DNA of 64,000 nucleotides from Schwartzia sp. (in: firmicutes) (GCA_017383125.1 JAFNYY010000096.1:9026-73025), one strand, 5' to 3'. Shown: positions 19,910-27,772, counted from the first letter of the stretch. Notes: generated by a model from the letters alone, not told the origin. Program-made: numbers and translations.

Positions 19910-22295
19910 CGTCCTTTTCCTTCAATTCCTCCGCCTTCCTTTTCTTCATGGCGCTGTCAATGCTTACCACATTCCCAGCCCCTTTGTTTTTCTCAGTCTT
20001 CCTTCCTGCGGCGGCCCGCTCCGCCATTTCGACGGCTCTCTGGAGAGTCTCCTGCTTCAGCGTCTTTTCCCGCCGTGCTGCCAAAGGCTGGTAAACGACT
20101 ACCGCTACCAGCTTTTTCATTTTCAGTGGCTTTATCCGCTGTACCGGCCGTGCCGTCTGTTCATCGGCAGACTCAGCAGCTTCAGCCTCGGAAGAGTCTT
20201 CAGTCGGCTCGACCTGCTGGACAGGCTCAGTTTCCTCAGTCTGTGCAGCTTCTGTCACCGACATATCTTCCGCCTCTTCGGGAATTTCGGCAGCTTCAGT
20301 TTCAGCCGCCGTTTTTGCTTCCTCGACATCGTTTTCCCCGGCAATGATTTCTTCTTCCGGTTCCTGCTTTGTCACTGCTGCTCCGGCCGCTGCTGCCAGC
20401 GGCTCCTCGGCCTTCACCGGTTTAGCTTCTTCAGCCGCGGCAGTATTCATCTCGGCCTTTGCTTCTGCTTTTATCTCCGCCTTTTGCGTATCTGCCTTTG
20501 CCTCGCCCTTCTTATCGGCCTGCAGCTCAGCAAGGTCAGCCGGCGTCATTCTGGTACCCCAGGTAGACTTCCAGAAGGTGAACCAGGCGATAGGCATCTG
20601 CCACAGCAGAACGGCCTCATAATAAATGCAGAACCAGATTCCGTAGGCCCAGGTAGTACTGCGGCGCAGGAAAAGCTGTGCCATACTCATCAGGGATGCC
20701 ATCATTACCATTCCGATAAGGAAGGTGGTGGGGAAAACCCGATGCAGCAGCGGCACATAAACAAGATTGTACAGTACGATGATAGGCGCCAAAATCGGTA
20801 CGGCAAGACCCATGTAGAAGCACAGGGACATGAAAGGCTCCTTGCGCCACATATACTTTGCCCCGATAAGAGACTCTCTGAGCCAGGAGCGCTTCCAGCG
20901 CATCTGCTGCTTCAGGAACATCTTGTGGGTATTTGGAACGATGGTGGAACAGACAGCAGTATCCTGATAAGTAGTCCTGTTATGCCGCAAAATAAAATTC
21001 GTCATTGACCGGTCATCACCGAAGGTTGCCCTCTGACCGAGGAATTTTTGATTCAGCCAGTCATCGGCATACTTCAGAACGAGATCCTTGCGATAGCAGG
21101 AAAGCGGACCGGACAGACAGGTAACCGCGTCGAAATAGCCCTCGGCCGCTTTCATTACCCGGAAGGCGATATAATAGCGGACTGACTGCATCTTCGTCAG
21201 CGCGTTTGTGTAGGTATTGGCTACATCGGTACGGCCGGAAACGCCGCCCATCTCTTCGTCCTTAAAAGGCTGGACAATATTGCGGACAGCGAAGGGGTCA
21301 AGGAAGCTGTCGGAATCTACAAATACCAGCAGCTCATGCTTTGCCAGCTTCGCACCTACCGCCATGGCCTCACGCTTGCCCTGGTTGACCGGCTGCACAT
21401 AGTAGTTCAGACGCTCGGCCACATTGTACCGGTCGCCCTCTGCCTTCAGCCGTTCGATTATTTCCTTGATTTTCTCTACCGAGCGGTCGGTAGAGCAGTC
21501 ATCCACTACCATGACCTCCAGCTTCTCCGCCGGATAATCCTGATTGATACAGCTCAATATCGTCCGCTGTATCCACTCCTCTTCATTGAAGCAGGGAACT
21601 ATGACGGTAACACCGGGAGTGAAATCCGGATCAATCTCCACCGGCCGATAGAAAATTGCAAAGAGGTAACGGCTCAAAAGGAAAATTGCCGCGATAATAC
21701 TGTAGAAGTAAAGGAATTTGTTGAACTCAAAATAAATTACCGACTCGGCCCTCATCAGCACGATAATGAGGGTAACAAGCAACAGGAAGCAGGAAGCAAC
21801 GCCCAGCATATAGCGGCCCCGCTTGCGGTTCACATAATGGGACAAAATCTCATCAAACTGGAAAGCGTAGCCCATCGTTCCGTCCGGAAACTCGACCACA
21901 CGGACACAGTGAGCCCCCAGCTTCCTGACATTCATCTCATAGCCTTCGACCATAGACCCCGGCGTTATTTCAAAATCCAGCTTTGCGGCACTGCCCTCTT
22001 TGAGCACTGCCGTCTTCTCCTCCGTGCAGACCATTATGCCGCTTCCGGATATATCCTTTGCTACGGAGGAAATCTTGAACTCCCGACCCACCTTATTGCG
22101 AACCCTGACGGTCACCGGAAAGTCAACAATATAGCGCTGCCCTTCCTTTTCGCTGTTGATATAGTCGCGAAAATCCCGAATCTCAACATCGTTGTGGCGG
22201 CGATCACGGTTGCTTCTCTGCTGCTCGCCGTCCGGAACATGGGAAAGGAGACGCCTATCATGTTTTTCTTTTAATACTATGTCCTCAATACTCAA
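19890..22295 (-). CDS. PilZ domain fused to a class I hyaluronan-synthase-like processive GT2, with a long acidic disordered C-terminal tail
   Basis: 801 aa. The N-terminus has DISGSG (DxSxxG), with KEGQR 27 aa upstream and an Arg-rich stretch RSNRDRRHNDVEIRDFRD further upstream. The GT2 core motifs are VVDDCSTD, FVDSDS, SGPLSCYR, FGDDRSMTN, KQQMRWKRSW (QxxRW) and TWGTR. The last roughly 230 aa are E/A/K-rich low complexity. Confidence 0.85.
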   Translation of the reverse strand: MSIEDIVLKEKHDRRLLSHVPDGEQQRSNRDRRHNDVEIRDFRDYINSEKEGQRYIVDFPVTVRVRNKVGREFKISSVAKDISGSGIMVCTEEKTAVLKEGSAAKLDFEITPGSMVEGYEMNVRKLGAHCVRVVEFPDGTMGYAFQFDEILSHYVNRKRGRYMLGVASCFLLLVTLIIVLMRAESVIYFEFNKFLYFYSIIAAIFLLSRYLFAIFYRPVEIDPDFTPGVTVIVPCFNEEEWIQRTILSCINQDYPAEKLEVMVVDDCSTDRSVEKIKEIIERLKAEGDRYNVAERLNYYVQPVNQGKREAMAVGAKLAKHELLVFVDSDSFLDPFAVRNIVQPFKDEEMGGVSGRTDVANTYTNALTKMQSVRYYIAFRVMKAAEGYFDAVTCLSGPLSCYRKDLVLKYADDWLNQKFLGQRATFGDDRSMTNFILRHNRTTYQDTAVCSTIVPNTHKMFLKQQMRWKRSWLRESLIGAKYMWRKEPFMSLCFYMGLAVPILAPIIVLYNLVYVPLLHRVFPTTFLIGMVMMASLMSMAQLFLRRSTTWAYGIWFCIYYEAVLLWQMPIAWFTFWKSTWGTRMTPADLAELQADKKGEAKADTQKAEIKAEAKAEMNTAAAEEAKPVKAEEPLAAAAGAAVTKQEPEEEIIAGENDVEEAKTAAETEAAEIPEEAEDMSVTEAAQTEETEPVQQVEPTEDSSEAEAAESADEQTARPVQRIKPLKMKKLVAVVVYQPLAARREKTLKQETLQRAVEMAERAAAGRKTEKNKGAGNVVSIDSAMKKRKAEELKEKDGDRQNG

Positions 22296-22321
22296 CCTGA
22301 TACATCCTCACTCTTCCCTGC

Positions 22322-23461
22322 TTAATCTTCAGCAGGTTCCTCCGGCTCCCCTTCTTCGGGGACATCCTCCTCCAACGGTTCACCTTCTTCGGAGCTGCCG
22401 TTATCCGTCGGTGCGCCCTCTTCTGAGGCACCGCTTTCTGCCGGTGTTCCCGTCTTGGTGGCAACATTCCCCGCAGGTTTCCCCTGTGCGGGGACACCGT
22501 TTTCCGGCACGGCCTTCGGAGCGCCTTCTTCAACCTCCATCGGAGCGACCGGAATATACTTGATTTTTGAGAAATAATTTACATCCGCGAAGACAACGCC
22601 CTTTTTGTCAAAGGCCGTCAGAATATATTCAAGGCGCTCGGCGAAATTTGGCCCGCTGCTTCCGGCTGCCTTCTGCACCGTCGAATCCTTGATTGTCGGC
22701 TTCTTATCGATTGCTGGTCTCTGTTCGCGAGGGACAGCCGCTTTAGCCGGCGGCTCCACCGTAAGACCTAGCTTCATGGACAGGATGCTGCCGTTAGGTA
22801 CGCTGAGTGCAAAATTATCGGCATCGGCCTGACTGTTAATCGTCGCCATGTCGATATAGACATTTGCTCTCACCGCCGCTTCCAGCCCGCAGGCATTGAC
22901 TGCCTTCAGCACATCCGGCGTATAAACGGTGCGGTTGGCCATGAACAGCTTCGGTGCCGTACCGGTCTGCGCCCGGATAACCTTCTGTGTCCTGCACAGC
23001 TCACCGATTATCTTGGTTATTGGTTGTCTGTCCAGACGGCTGGCACCAACGAAAGTATAATTGCCCAGGGGAAAACCGCCCTCGGTAATCAGCTTGATGG
23101 TCTCATCTTCCTCTGCCGCATTCATGCCTTCGGCAAAGAAAACGGCGTTTGCCTTATGCTTCGTCAGGCAATCCACAATCTGTGCCGTCATCACCCTGTC
23201 AGGCAGACCTTCCACCACCAGCGCTACCTGCGGCAGTTCATTGCGGTTGGCCACAATGACAAGAGCCGGCTCCGGATGCTCAATGATTTTTTCCCTCGCT
23301 GCCGCGATTTCATCATCAGCCTGCCAGAACATATCCAGCTCGTTTATGCCGCCGGGTATGTCCGCCTTCTGAGCGAAATCTTCCCACGGCGCCCACCAGT
23401 AAATCAAACCGCAGACCACGGATATGATTACGGTGTAAAGCATTTTTATCTGGAAATTCAA
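22322..23461 (-). CDS. Membrane-anchored NodB-like protein with degenerate catalytic motifs and an acidic Pro/Glu-rich tail
   Basis: The ORF is 22322..23539. The likely start is TTG at 23461, 6 nt after GGAGAA and just after the dehydrogenase's TAA; ATG at 23443 is the alternative. The fold-like segment is VALVVEGLPDRVMTAQIVDCLTKHKANAVFFAEG, with no TFDD or HxxxH. The tail ends ...EEGEPLEEDVPEEGEPEEPAED. Confidence 0.6.
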   Translation of the reverse strand: MNFQIKMLYTVIISVVCGLIYWWAPWEDFAQKADIPGGINELDMFWQADDEIAAAREKIIEHPEPALVIVANRNELPQVALVVEGLPDRVMTAQIVDCLTKHKANAVFFAEGMNAAEEDETIKLITEGGFPLGNYTFVGASRLDRQPITKIIGELCRTQKVIRAQTGTAPKLFMANRTVYTPDVLKAVNACGLEAAVRANVYIDMATINSQADADNFALSVPNGSILSMKLGLTVEPPAKAAVPREQRPAIDKKPTIKDSTVQKAAGSSGPNFAERLEYILTAFDKKGVVFADVNYFSKIKYIPVAPMEVEEGAPKAVPENGVPAQGKPAGNVATKTGTPAESGASEEGAPTDNGSSEEGEPLEEDVPEEGEPEEPAED

Positions 23462-23471
23462 GATTTTCTCC

Positions 23472-24785
23472 TTACAAACTCCAAACCCGGAAGTCCTGCT
23501 GGGCCAGGCTGCTGCTGTCAAACATACTCTTGACATCAATCAGCAGCTTTCTGCCGTCGGTCTTTTTATAGAGCTGCTTGAGCTGCTCCGCCGAAAGATT
23601 GCGGAACTGCTGATGCGCCACGAGGAAAACAAGACAATCCGCATCCTTCACCTCATCCAGTGAAGTAAGCTCGATTCCGTATTCCTTGGCGAAGATTTCC
23701 CGGTCGGCCACCGGGTCGACCGCCGTCAGCTTCAGTCCCATTTCCGCCAATTCGTTGTAAACATCCACAGCCCGGGAGTTGCGGGTATCGATGCAGTCCT
23801 CCTTGAAGGTCATGCCGCAGAGTACCACATTGGCCCGGCTGACATCTATTCCTTCCACAATCATTTCTCTGACGACGGAACGAGCCACAAATTCGCTCAT
23901 GCCGTCATTAATCCGGCGGCCTGCCGCGATAAGCTGAGAATGGTACCCCAGCTTCTCTGCCTCGTAAATGAAATAGTAAGGATCAACGCCGATGCAGTGA
24001 CCGCCTACCAGACCGGGACGGAAGCCCAGAGCGTTCCACTTCGTATTCATGGCCTCAACGACCTCATGGGTTGAGATACCCATTCTGTTAAAGGCCATGG
24101 CCAGCTCATTCATAAAAGCAATGTTAATGTCCCGCTGAGAATTTTCCGCTACCTTGGCAGCCTCGGCCACCTTGATGCTGCCGGCACGATGAACACCGGC
24201 TTCGATAATCAGACTGTAGACATTTGCCACCAGCTCCAGAGTTGCCTCATCCATGCCGGAAACAATTTTCACGATATTTTTCAGACGATGCACCGGGTCT
24301 GCCGGATTGATACGCTCCGGCGAATAACCGATGAAGAACTCACTGCCCAGCTGCAAGCCGGATTTCTCCGCCAAAATCGGACCGCAGACATCCTCCGTAA
24401 CTCCGGGATAAACGGTGGACTCAAAGACAACCACCGTATCCTTCTTCATATTTGCGCCCACCAGAGCCGAGGCACTTCTGATAGGCTCAAGGTCCGGCGT
24501 CTTATCACCATTTACCGGAGTAGGTACCGCAACGATGATGAAAGCCGCTTCCTGCAGAGCAGCCGCATCAGAGGTAAACTCCACTCCGCTGCAGCGCACC
24601 GCCTCGTCACCGGCTTCCTGTGTCGGGTCAATACCGGCCTTATACGCAGCAATCTTCTCCGCATTCAAGTCGAAGCCTATTACCCGGAAATGCTTTGCAA
24701 AGGCAACTGCCAGCGGCAAGCCCACATAGCCAAGCCCTACTACAACCAAAGCTCTTTTTCTTTCTGTCAGTTCATCGAAAATCAT
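23472..24785 (-). CDS. NAD-dependent UDP-aminosugar 6-dehydrogenase (WbpO/TviB/CapL-like nucleotide-sugar dehydrogenase)
   Basis: 437 aa. VVGLGYVGLPLAVAFAKHFRVIGFDLNAEKIAAYKAGIDPTQE, YSPERINP, AENSQRDINIAFMNELA and GLVGGHCIGVDPYY match my recollection of the WbpO/TviB subgroup rather than HasB/Ugd. Confidence 0.7.
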   Translation of the reverse strand: MIFDELTERKRALVVVGLGYVGLPLAVAFAKHFRVIGFDLNAEKIAAYKAGIDPTQEAGDEAVRCSGVEFTSDAAALQEAAFIIVAVPTPVNGDKTPDLEPIRSASALVGANMKKDTVVVFESTVYPGVTEDVCGPILAEKSGLQLGSEFFIGYSPERINPADPVHRLKNIVKIVSGMDEATLELVANVYSLIIEAGVHRAGSIKVAEAAKVAENSQRDINIAFMNELAMAFNRMGISTHEVVEAMNTKWNALGFRPGLVGGHCIGVDPYYFIYEAEKLGYHSQLIAAGRRINDGMSEFVARSVVREMIVEGIDVSRANVVLCGMTFKEDCIDTRNSRAVDVYNELAEMGLKLTAVDPVADREIFAKEYGIELTSLDEVKDADCLVFLVAHQQFRNLSAEQLKQLYKKTDGRKLLIDVKSMFDSSSLAQQDFRVWSL

Positions 24786-24813
24786 TTCACTAACCCACCT
24801 AATTCATAAGGTA

Positions 24814-26556
24814 TCAGCTATGATAAAAGAAGGACAAGGCCAGCCAAACCGTATTGTTAATCCGGTTGGTGGTCATTTCCTTTAAGTGATCAAATTCCAG
24901 CGTAGCCATCAGATTTTTCACCAGAGTACGGGTCACGCCGATGCCCCAGCCCCTGAAGCCGTTCATCCTGTCCGCCACACCGTTCATGGTGTGCTGTACA
25001 TAGGTGGCCCGGGGCTGATGATAATACTTCAGATAGTATGAAGTGCGTCCCGGCTCCTCGCTCCAGGGAGTACCGTGCTGCAGTGTAAGCACATATCCGT
25101 TGCCGTTCCCCACATAACTGTCGCGGCCCATAAGGAACATTGCCCCGAAATCGAACTGACGGCCCAATGGCACATGACCGTTCAGCATATAGATATTCCG
25201 CCGTCCGCCGCCGTTCATGCCAAATCCGAAATATCCGGCCTCCAGACTGTATTTACCCGGCACTGCATATCCGGCGGTAAAGGTGGCTACATTCCTTGCC
25301 GAGTTTACTGAGCCGTACCGGGCCGCGAAATTTATTTTATCGCCGCCCTCCAGCATCATGCCCTTGAAGCTGCTGTCGTAGACATTGCCCTCTGCCATGG
25401 TGGCGCCCATCTTGCCCGCAGTAGCCCGGACCGCTCCCACATTACCGGTCAGATAATAGCGCTCCAGTCTGAGCCAGTGGTCATCTCCGGAGCCGGACAG
25501 ATTCTTTTCCGACTCCACCATAGCAACGGCATGCCAGTTTCCGTCAATATTATAGTCACCGTAAAGACGGTTTCTCAGACGCAGTCTCTTATCATTAGAG
25601 ACATCACCGTTGTCATTTTTGTAGTCAAGTCTCAGCTCACCGTTGAGATTGAAGCGCCGCGCCTCTTTTACAGAGCTTTCCCAAGCCTCCTGATTGCGGG
25701 CCTGAGCCTGAGCCGCTTCATCCTCAAAATAGCCAAGCTCCTGCAGCTCGGTTCCCAGCTTTGCCCGAAGCCTGCCGGCTGCCCGAATATACTTATCGTC
25801 GATGTCGGGATATTTTCCCTCATCCATTTCCAAAAGAAACGCGGCCGTTTTCTCCGCCGCTTCTTCACGGCTGAGTGTTCTCGGAGATTTTCCCTCCAAA
25901 TCAATGAAGCCGCCCTCGGCCAAAGTCTCCAGCTCCAGACTGTCGGTGAAATCCACCTTGTCCTGCTCCGCCATGTCCCGGAGGTAAGCAGCGGCGTATT
26001 CCTCAGCCGCCTCCTTCAGCTTCTCACGGCAGCGGTTCACTTTTTCGTTCAGAGCAACGACCTCGTCCATCTCATCGCCGGGCTTATTGGTGCTGCTGTA
26101 GAGCCGGTATACTTTCCGCTGGAGCTTGCGGGAAAGTTTCTCCGTCCGCTTCTCCAGTTCCTCCAGTTCCGCAGACGCGGGAGTCTTCTTTGCCGGGTTT
26201 GTATTTGCCGTGCCTCTGCCGTTCTGCAAAAGCTCATCCTGATGCTTTTCCCATTCCTTCAGAATCATTTCCCGCTGCCGGACATTCTGTTCCAGTTTTT
26301 CCTTTCGGCTCAGCCGATCTTCCGGCACATTCTTTTCCTTTGCCAGCTTTTTGGTAACATTTTCCAGTTTCTTCTTCAGTACCTTGTAGCGGCCCTCATC
26401 TTCTGCCCGCAGAGCCGTCGTCTCGGCATATTCCTGTGCCGCCCTCTGGGCTCTGCTGTCCTTTGGGGGCTGTATCGTTTTATCTCTCGTTGCAGCGGCG
26501 GTACACGCCAGAAGCGTGAATACACCCAAAAGTGCCGCAATCTTTCGCTTGTTCAT
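24814..26556 (-). CDS. Outer-membrane protein: signal/lipobox-like N-terminus, about 280 aa coiled-coil region, C-terminal beta-barrel-like domain. Candidate polysaccharide export porin.
   Basis: 580 aa. The N-terminus ends in TLLAC. The first half is highly charged with heptad-like repeats. The last roughly 270 aa show an alternating hydrophobic/polar strand pattern (RFNLNGELRLDYKND, RLRLRNRLYGDYNIDGNWHAVAMVE, WLRLERYYLTGNV, ...NTVWLALSFFYHS). It is the first gene of the EPS operon. Confidence 0.55.
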   Translation of the reverse strand: MNKRKIAALLGVFTLLACTAAATRDKTIQPPKDSRAQRAAQEYAETTALRAEDEGRYKVLKKKLENVTKKLAKEKNVPEDRLSRKEKLEQNVRQREMILKEWEKHQDELLQNGRGTANTNPAKKTPASAELEELEKRTEKLSRKLQRKVYRLYSSTNKPGDEMDEVVALNEKVNRCREKLKEAAEEYAAAYLRDMAEQDKVDFTDSLELETLAEGGFIDLEGKSPRTLSREEAAEKTAAFLLEMDEGKYPDIDDKYIRAAGRLRAKLGTELQELGYFEDEAAQAQARNQEAWESSVKEARRFNLNGELRLDYKNDNGDVSNDKRLRLRNRLYGDYNIDGNWHAVAMVESEKNLSGSGDDHWLRLERYYLTGNVGAVRATAGKMGATMAEGNVYDSSFKGMMLEGGDKINFAARYGSVNSARNVATFTAGYAVPGKYSLEAGYFGFGMNGGGRRNIYMLNGHVPLGRQFDFGAMFLMGRDSYVGNGNGYVLTLQHGTPWSEEPGRTSYYLKYYHQPRATYVQHTMNGVADRMNGFRGWGIGVTRTLVKNLMATLEFDHLKEMTTNRINNTVWLALSFFYHS

Positions 26557-26783
26557 AATACTTCTCCAAGAAACCTAATACTATTGTCCTATAATTTCCG
26601 ATTACATCATCCGGGCCTATGCACTACTATCAGCGCAGTCACTGCTCCATTCAAAACCGGTACGGTTCTTCTTACGGCTCCGTATGATAATCAGTCGGTT
26701 TCATCTTGACTTGTACAGCATTATCGCGCTGTACAACTTATCTATATTAAACCACTAACGCTAAATAATTTCAACTGTTTTAC

Positions 26784-26811
26784 ATTATTAGAAAACAATG
26801 TTTTCTGTCAA
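26784..26811 (-). promoter_or_regulatory. Candidate sigma70 promoter of the EPS operon, with a palindromic operator filling the spacer
   Basis: The minus strand reads TTGACA (26811-26806), a 16 nt spacer, then AATAAT (26789-26784). The spacer contains the perfect palindrome GAAAACA-A-TGTTTTC (26791-26805). The predicted leader to the ATG at 26556 is about 220 nt. Confidence 0.45.
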
Positions 26812-26968
26812 TCCCCTTATCTGCCGGACTTTCGCCAATTCGCGCCTGCATCATTATGATACTTTAGTCCCGTGATGTATCACGAATGCGCTTTTAGTCT
26901 CAAAACCAAACAACCGCCATGCAAATGACCATATCATCTGCACCGCGGTCGTTTTATTAATTGCTTGC

Positions 26969-27682
26969 TTATAGTGTTATCCCTGTTGCCCGGACAATCG
27001 CCGCGGCAATGGCAAAATACGGCCCGTAGGCGAAGAACTCATCCTTCTTTTTCTTCGTGACTATCAGCAGCACCGCCGCCGCCAGGCCCCCAAGAATGAA
27101 GCCGAAGGCCACTGCCGATGAAGTATACCCTGCTCCCAGCCACATTCCCAATGCCGTTATCAGTTTAATGTCCCCGCCGAAAATACTGCCTTTAAGCACG
27201 ACCGCCAGCAAAAGCATTATGCCTCCGGCCGCCAGACCAGTAAGCAGCGACTCCAAGGGTTCCGGCGGCGGCACCGGCATACCGGGAGGCAGTGCCAGAC
27301 AATCGGGCATATACGATTTCAGAAGCGACTGAACGATACCAGCCGCCGCCAAAAACATAACCGCCGAATCAAAAATAATATACTGTTCCCAATCTGTAAT
27401 CGAAATAAACAGAAGGGTCAGATAAAAGCAAAGATTAAAAATTCCTGCCGCCGGATATGAAGTATCAACCCCAAAATAAGCAGCTGCACATCCGACAAAA
27501 AGCAGCGGCAGGCGCAAAACGGCCCTGCTCCTCTTTTCCTCCGGAAAGCTCAATTCCGTTTTTTCGCGGCTGTACAATAGGTCTATCAACCTAGAAAGCC
27601 CGACAGTTGTTATTCCCGCCAGAGCTGCCGTCAATATTATACGCAGCACAAACATCACCCAAAAATAAATATTTAATATCAC
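26969..27682 (-). CDS. tadV: A24-family prepilin peptidase (TadV/CpaA-like)
   Basis: 237 aa polytopic membrane protein. It has the GGDIKLITALGMWLG motif and an upstream ITD aspartate motif. It is divergent from the tad operon. Confidence 0.85.
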   Translation of the reverse strand: MILNIYFWVMFVLRIILTAALAGITTVGLSRLIDLLYSREKTELSFPEEKRSRAVLRLPLLFVGCAAAYFGVDTSYPAAGIFNLCFYLTLLFISITDWEQYIIFDSAVMFLAAAGIVQSLLKSYMPDCLALPPGMPVPPPEPLESLLTGLAAGGIMLLLAVVLKGSIFGGDIKLITALGMWLGAGYTSSAVAFGFILGGLAAAVLLIVTKKKKDEFFAYGPYFAIAAAIVRATGITL

Positions 27683-27743
27683 AATAAAACATCAACAGCC
27701 CGTAGTCAACCTCATATTACTGACGATAAAATAAAAAAAACTG

Positions 27744-27772
27744 TTGAGAAAATTTAGAAAGACTTCTATAAT
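27744..27772 (+). promoter_or_regulatory. Candidate sigma70 promoter of the tad operon
   Basis: TTGAGA (27744-27749), a 17 nt spacer, then TATAAT (27767-27772). An A-tract (ATAAAATAAAAAAAA) lies upstream. The cpaB start is 75 nt downstream. Confidence 0.5.

Noticed and set aside
26557-26968. A c-di-GMP riboswitch (GEMM-I/II) in the long leader of the EPS operon or upstream of the tad operon.
   Set aside because: No match was found to the conserved GEMM tetraloop/receptor or ACGCACA-type cores that I remember. Only a promoter-like site, a palindrome and a simple hairpin were seen. This still needs Infernal confirmation.
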